NCBI GenBank assembly: GCA_018654575.1
Contig: JABILI010000088.1
Location: 440 to 64,439, forward strand
Length of the DNA stretch: 64,000 nucleotides
Origin: Porticoccaceae bacterium
Lineage (GTDB): Bacteria > Pseudomonadota > Gammaproteobacteria > Pseudomonadales > Porticoccaceae
Direction: 5' to 3'
A program made the translations under genes and the position numbers. The notes under the pieces are model-generated. The model ran no database searches. It was not told the DNA's origin and saw only the letters and a program-made list of their open reading frames with translations. Shown here piece by piece: positions 63,113-64,000 of this stretch. The stretch's first letter is position 1, and every line of letters begins with the position of its first letter.

Positions 63113-64000
63113 AGTCCGCAATTTCAGGCTTTAAATTCGCCAACCCATATTCAGGGAGAAGTTGGCGTTTAGGCTTGTTAATCGTGACGGTTATTGTTGC
63201 AATACCGGTCTTGGTTATTATTGCTAGCCTTATCCAACCGTTCTCAAGCGCATGGCGACACCTCGCTGATACTGTACTAATTGATTACATTAGTAACTCT
63301 TTGCTCCTTATGGTTGGAGTAGGCTTTGGCACTCTAATTTTAGGCGTTAGCGCCGCCTGGTTGACGGCAATGTGTGATTTTCCAGGGCGTAAAATATTAT
63401 CCTGGGCCTTTCTATTGCCTATGGCGATGCCCGCCTACATTATTGCCTATACCTACACTGGTATATTAGATTTTGCTGGGCCTGTTCAAAGCACCCTTAG
63501 AGCAACATTTGGTTGGGGCTACGGTGACTACTACTTCCCTCAGATTCGCTCTATCGGCGGTGCTATCTGCATGCTCTCTTTGGTGCTTTACCCCTATGTT
63601 TATATGTTGGTTCGAATCGCCTTCTTAGAACAGTCTACCGCGGTACTAGAAGCCAGTCGCAATCTCGGCAAAAAGCCTTGGCAGACGCTTTTCTCAGTAG
63701 CGCTCCCCATGTCTCGGCCGGCGATAGTAGCGGGCGTTAGCCTCGCTTTAATGGAGACGCTAGCCGATTATGGTACTGTGGCCTATTTTGGCGTTAGCGC
63801 CTTTACAACGGGCATCTTTCGCACTTGGTATGGGTTAGGTGAATTAACCACTGCAGCACAGCTATGTGCCTTTTTGTTACTATTTGTATTTGCTCTTATC
63901 ATGGCAGAACGCTGGTCTAGACAGCGTTTGCGCTTCCACCATAATTCTGCGAACAAAAAATTAGTGCGTATGCAACTTAATGGATGGCATGCCTATATTG
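63103..64000 (+). CDS. Fe(3+) ABC transporter permease (FbpB family), truncated by the window end
   Basis: Hand translation from TTG 63103: ...AWRHLADTVLIDYISNSL..., DFPGRK, LPMAMPAYIIAYTY, LVLYPYVYML, EAA-loop EASRNLG and METLADYG. Confidence 0.92.
   Translation, partial: MEIKSAISGFKFANPYSGRSWRLGLLIVTVIVAIPVLVIIASLIQPFSSAWRHLADTVLIDYISNSLLLMVGVGFGTLILGVSAAWLTAMCDFPGRKILSWAFLLPMAMPAYIIAYTYTGILDFAGPVQSTLRATFGWGYGDYYFPQIRSIGGAICMLSLVLYPYVYMLVRIAFLEQSTAVLEASRNLGKKPWQTLFSVALPMSRPAIVAGVSLALMETLADYGTVAYFGVSAFTTGIFRTWYGLGELTTAAQLCAFLLLFVFALIMAERWSRQRLRFHHNSANKKLVRMQLNGWHAYI

Overview
Bacterial chromosomal window of moderate GC, from a Gammaproteobacterium. Gene order and tight packing suggest a streamlined marine Cellvibrionales/SAR92-like organism; this is inference, not a database match. 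Most of the window is housekeeping: an ion channel, EamA transporter, qor-yciH-S9 peptidase-greB, pdxH, deaD, dinG, pyrB, sbcB, groES/EL with sigma32 promoters, fxsA, ampG/ampD, nadC-pilD-coaE-yacG, mutT-argJ-secA, a complete mraZ-to-lpxC division/cell-wall cluster, RNase P RNA (rnpB) and purL-mltF-tadA. The last ~7.5 kb is an accessory transport/metal region. It holds a TonB-dependent receptor with a hairpin-rich leader, then a four-gene operon (unknown outer-membrane beta-barrel-like protein, secreted His-rich HMA protein, MerT-like membrane protein, CsoR-family repressor). That operon sits behind a clear CsoR-type operator and is possibly transcribed leaderless. A DUF998-like membrane protein and a Fur-boxed Fe3+ ABC transporter close the window. 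The best candidate for an undescribed system is the CsoR-controlled barrel/chaperone/MerT-like module, which has no ATPase, oxidase or reductase in the operon. Other notable signals are an 11-bp-phased repeat array upstream of a stand-alone short PuuD-like gene, a DEGH-to-DEGP change in DinG motif II, and the absence of pilABC and dciA from their usual positions. I saw no tRNA, rRNA, CRISPR array or transposase. All family assignments come from motif recognition by eye, not from searches.
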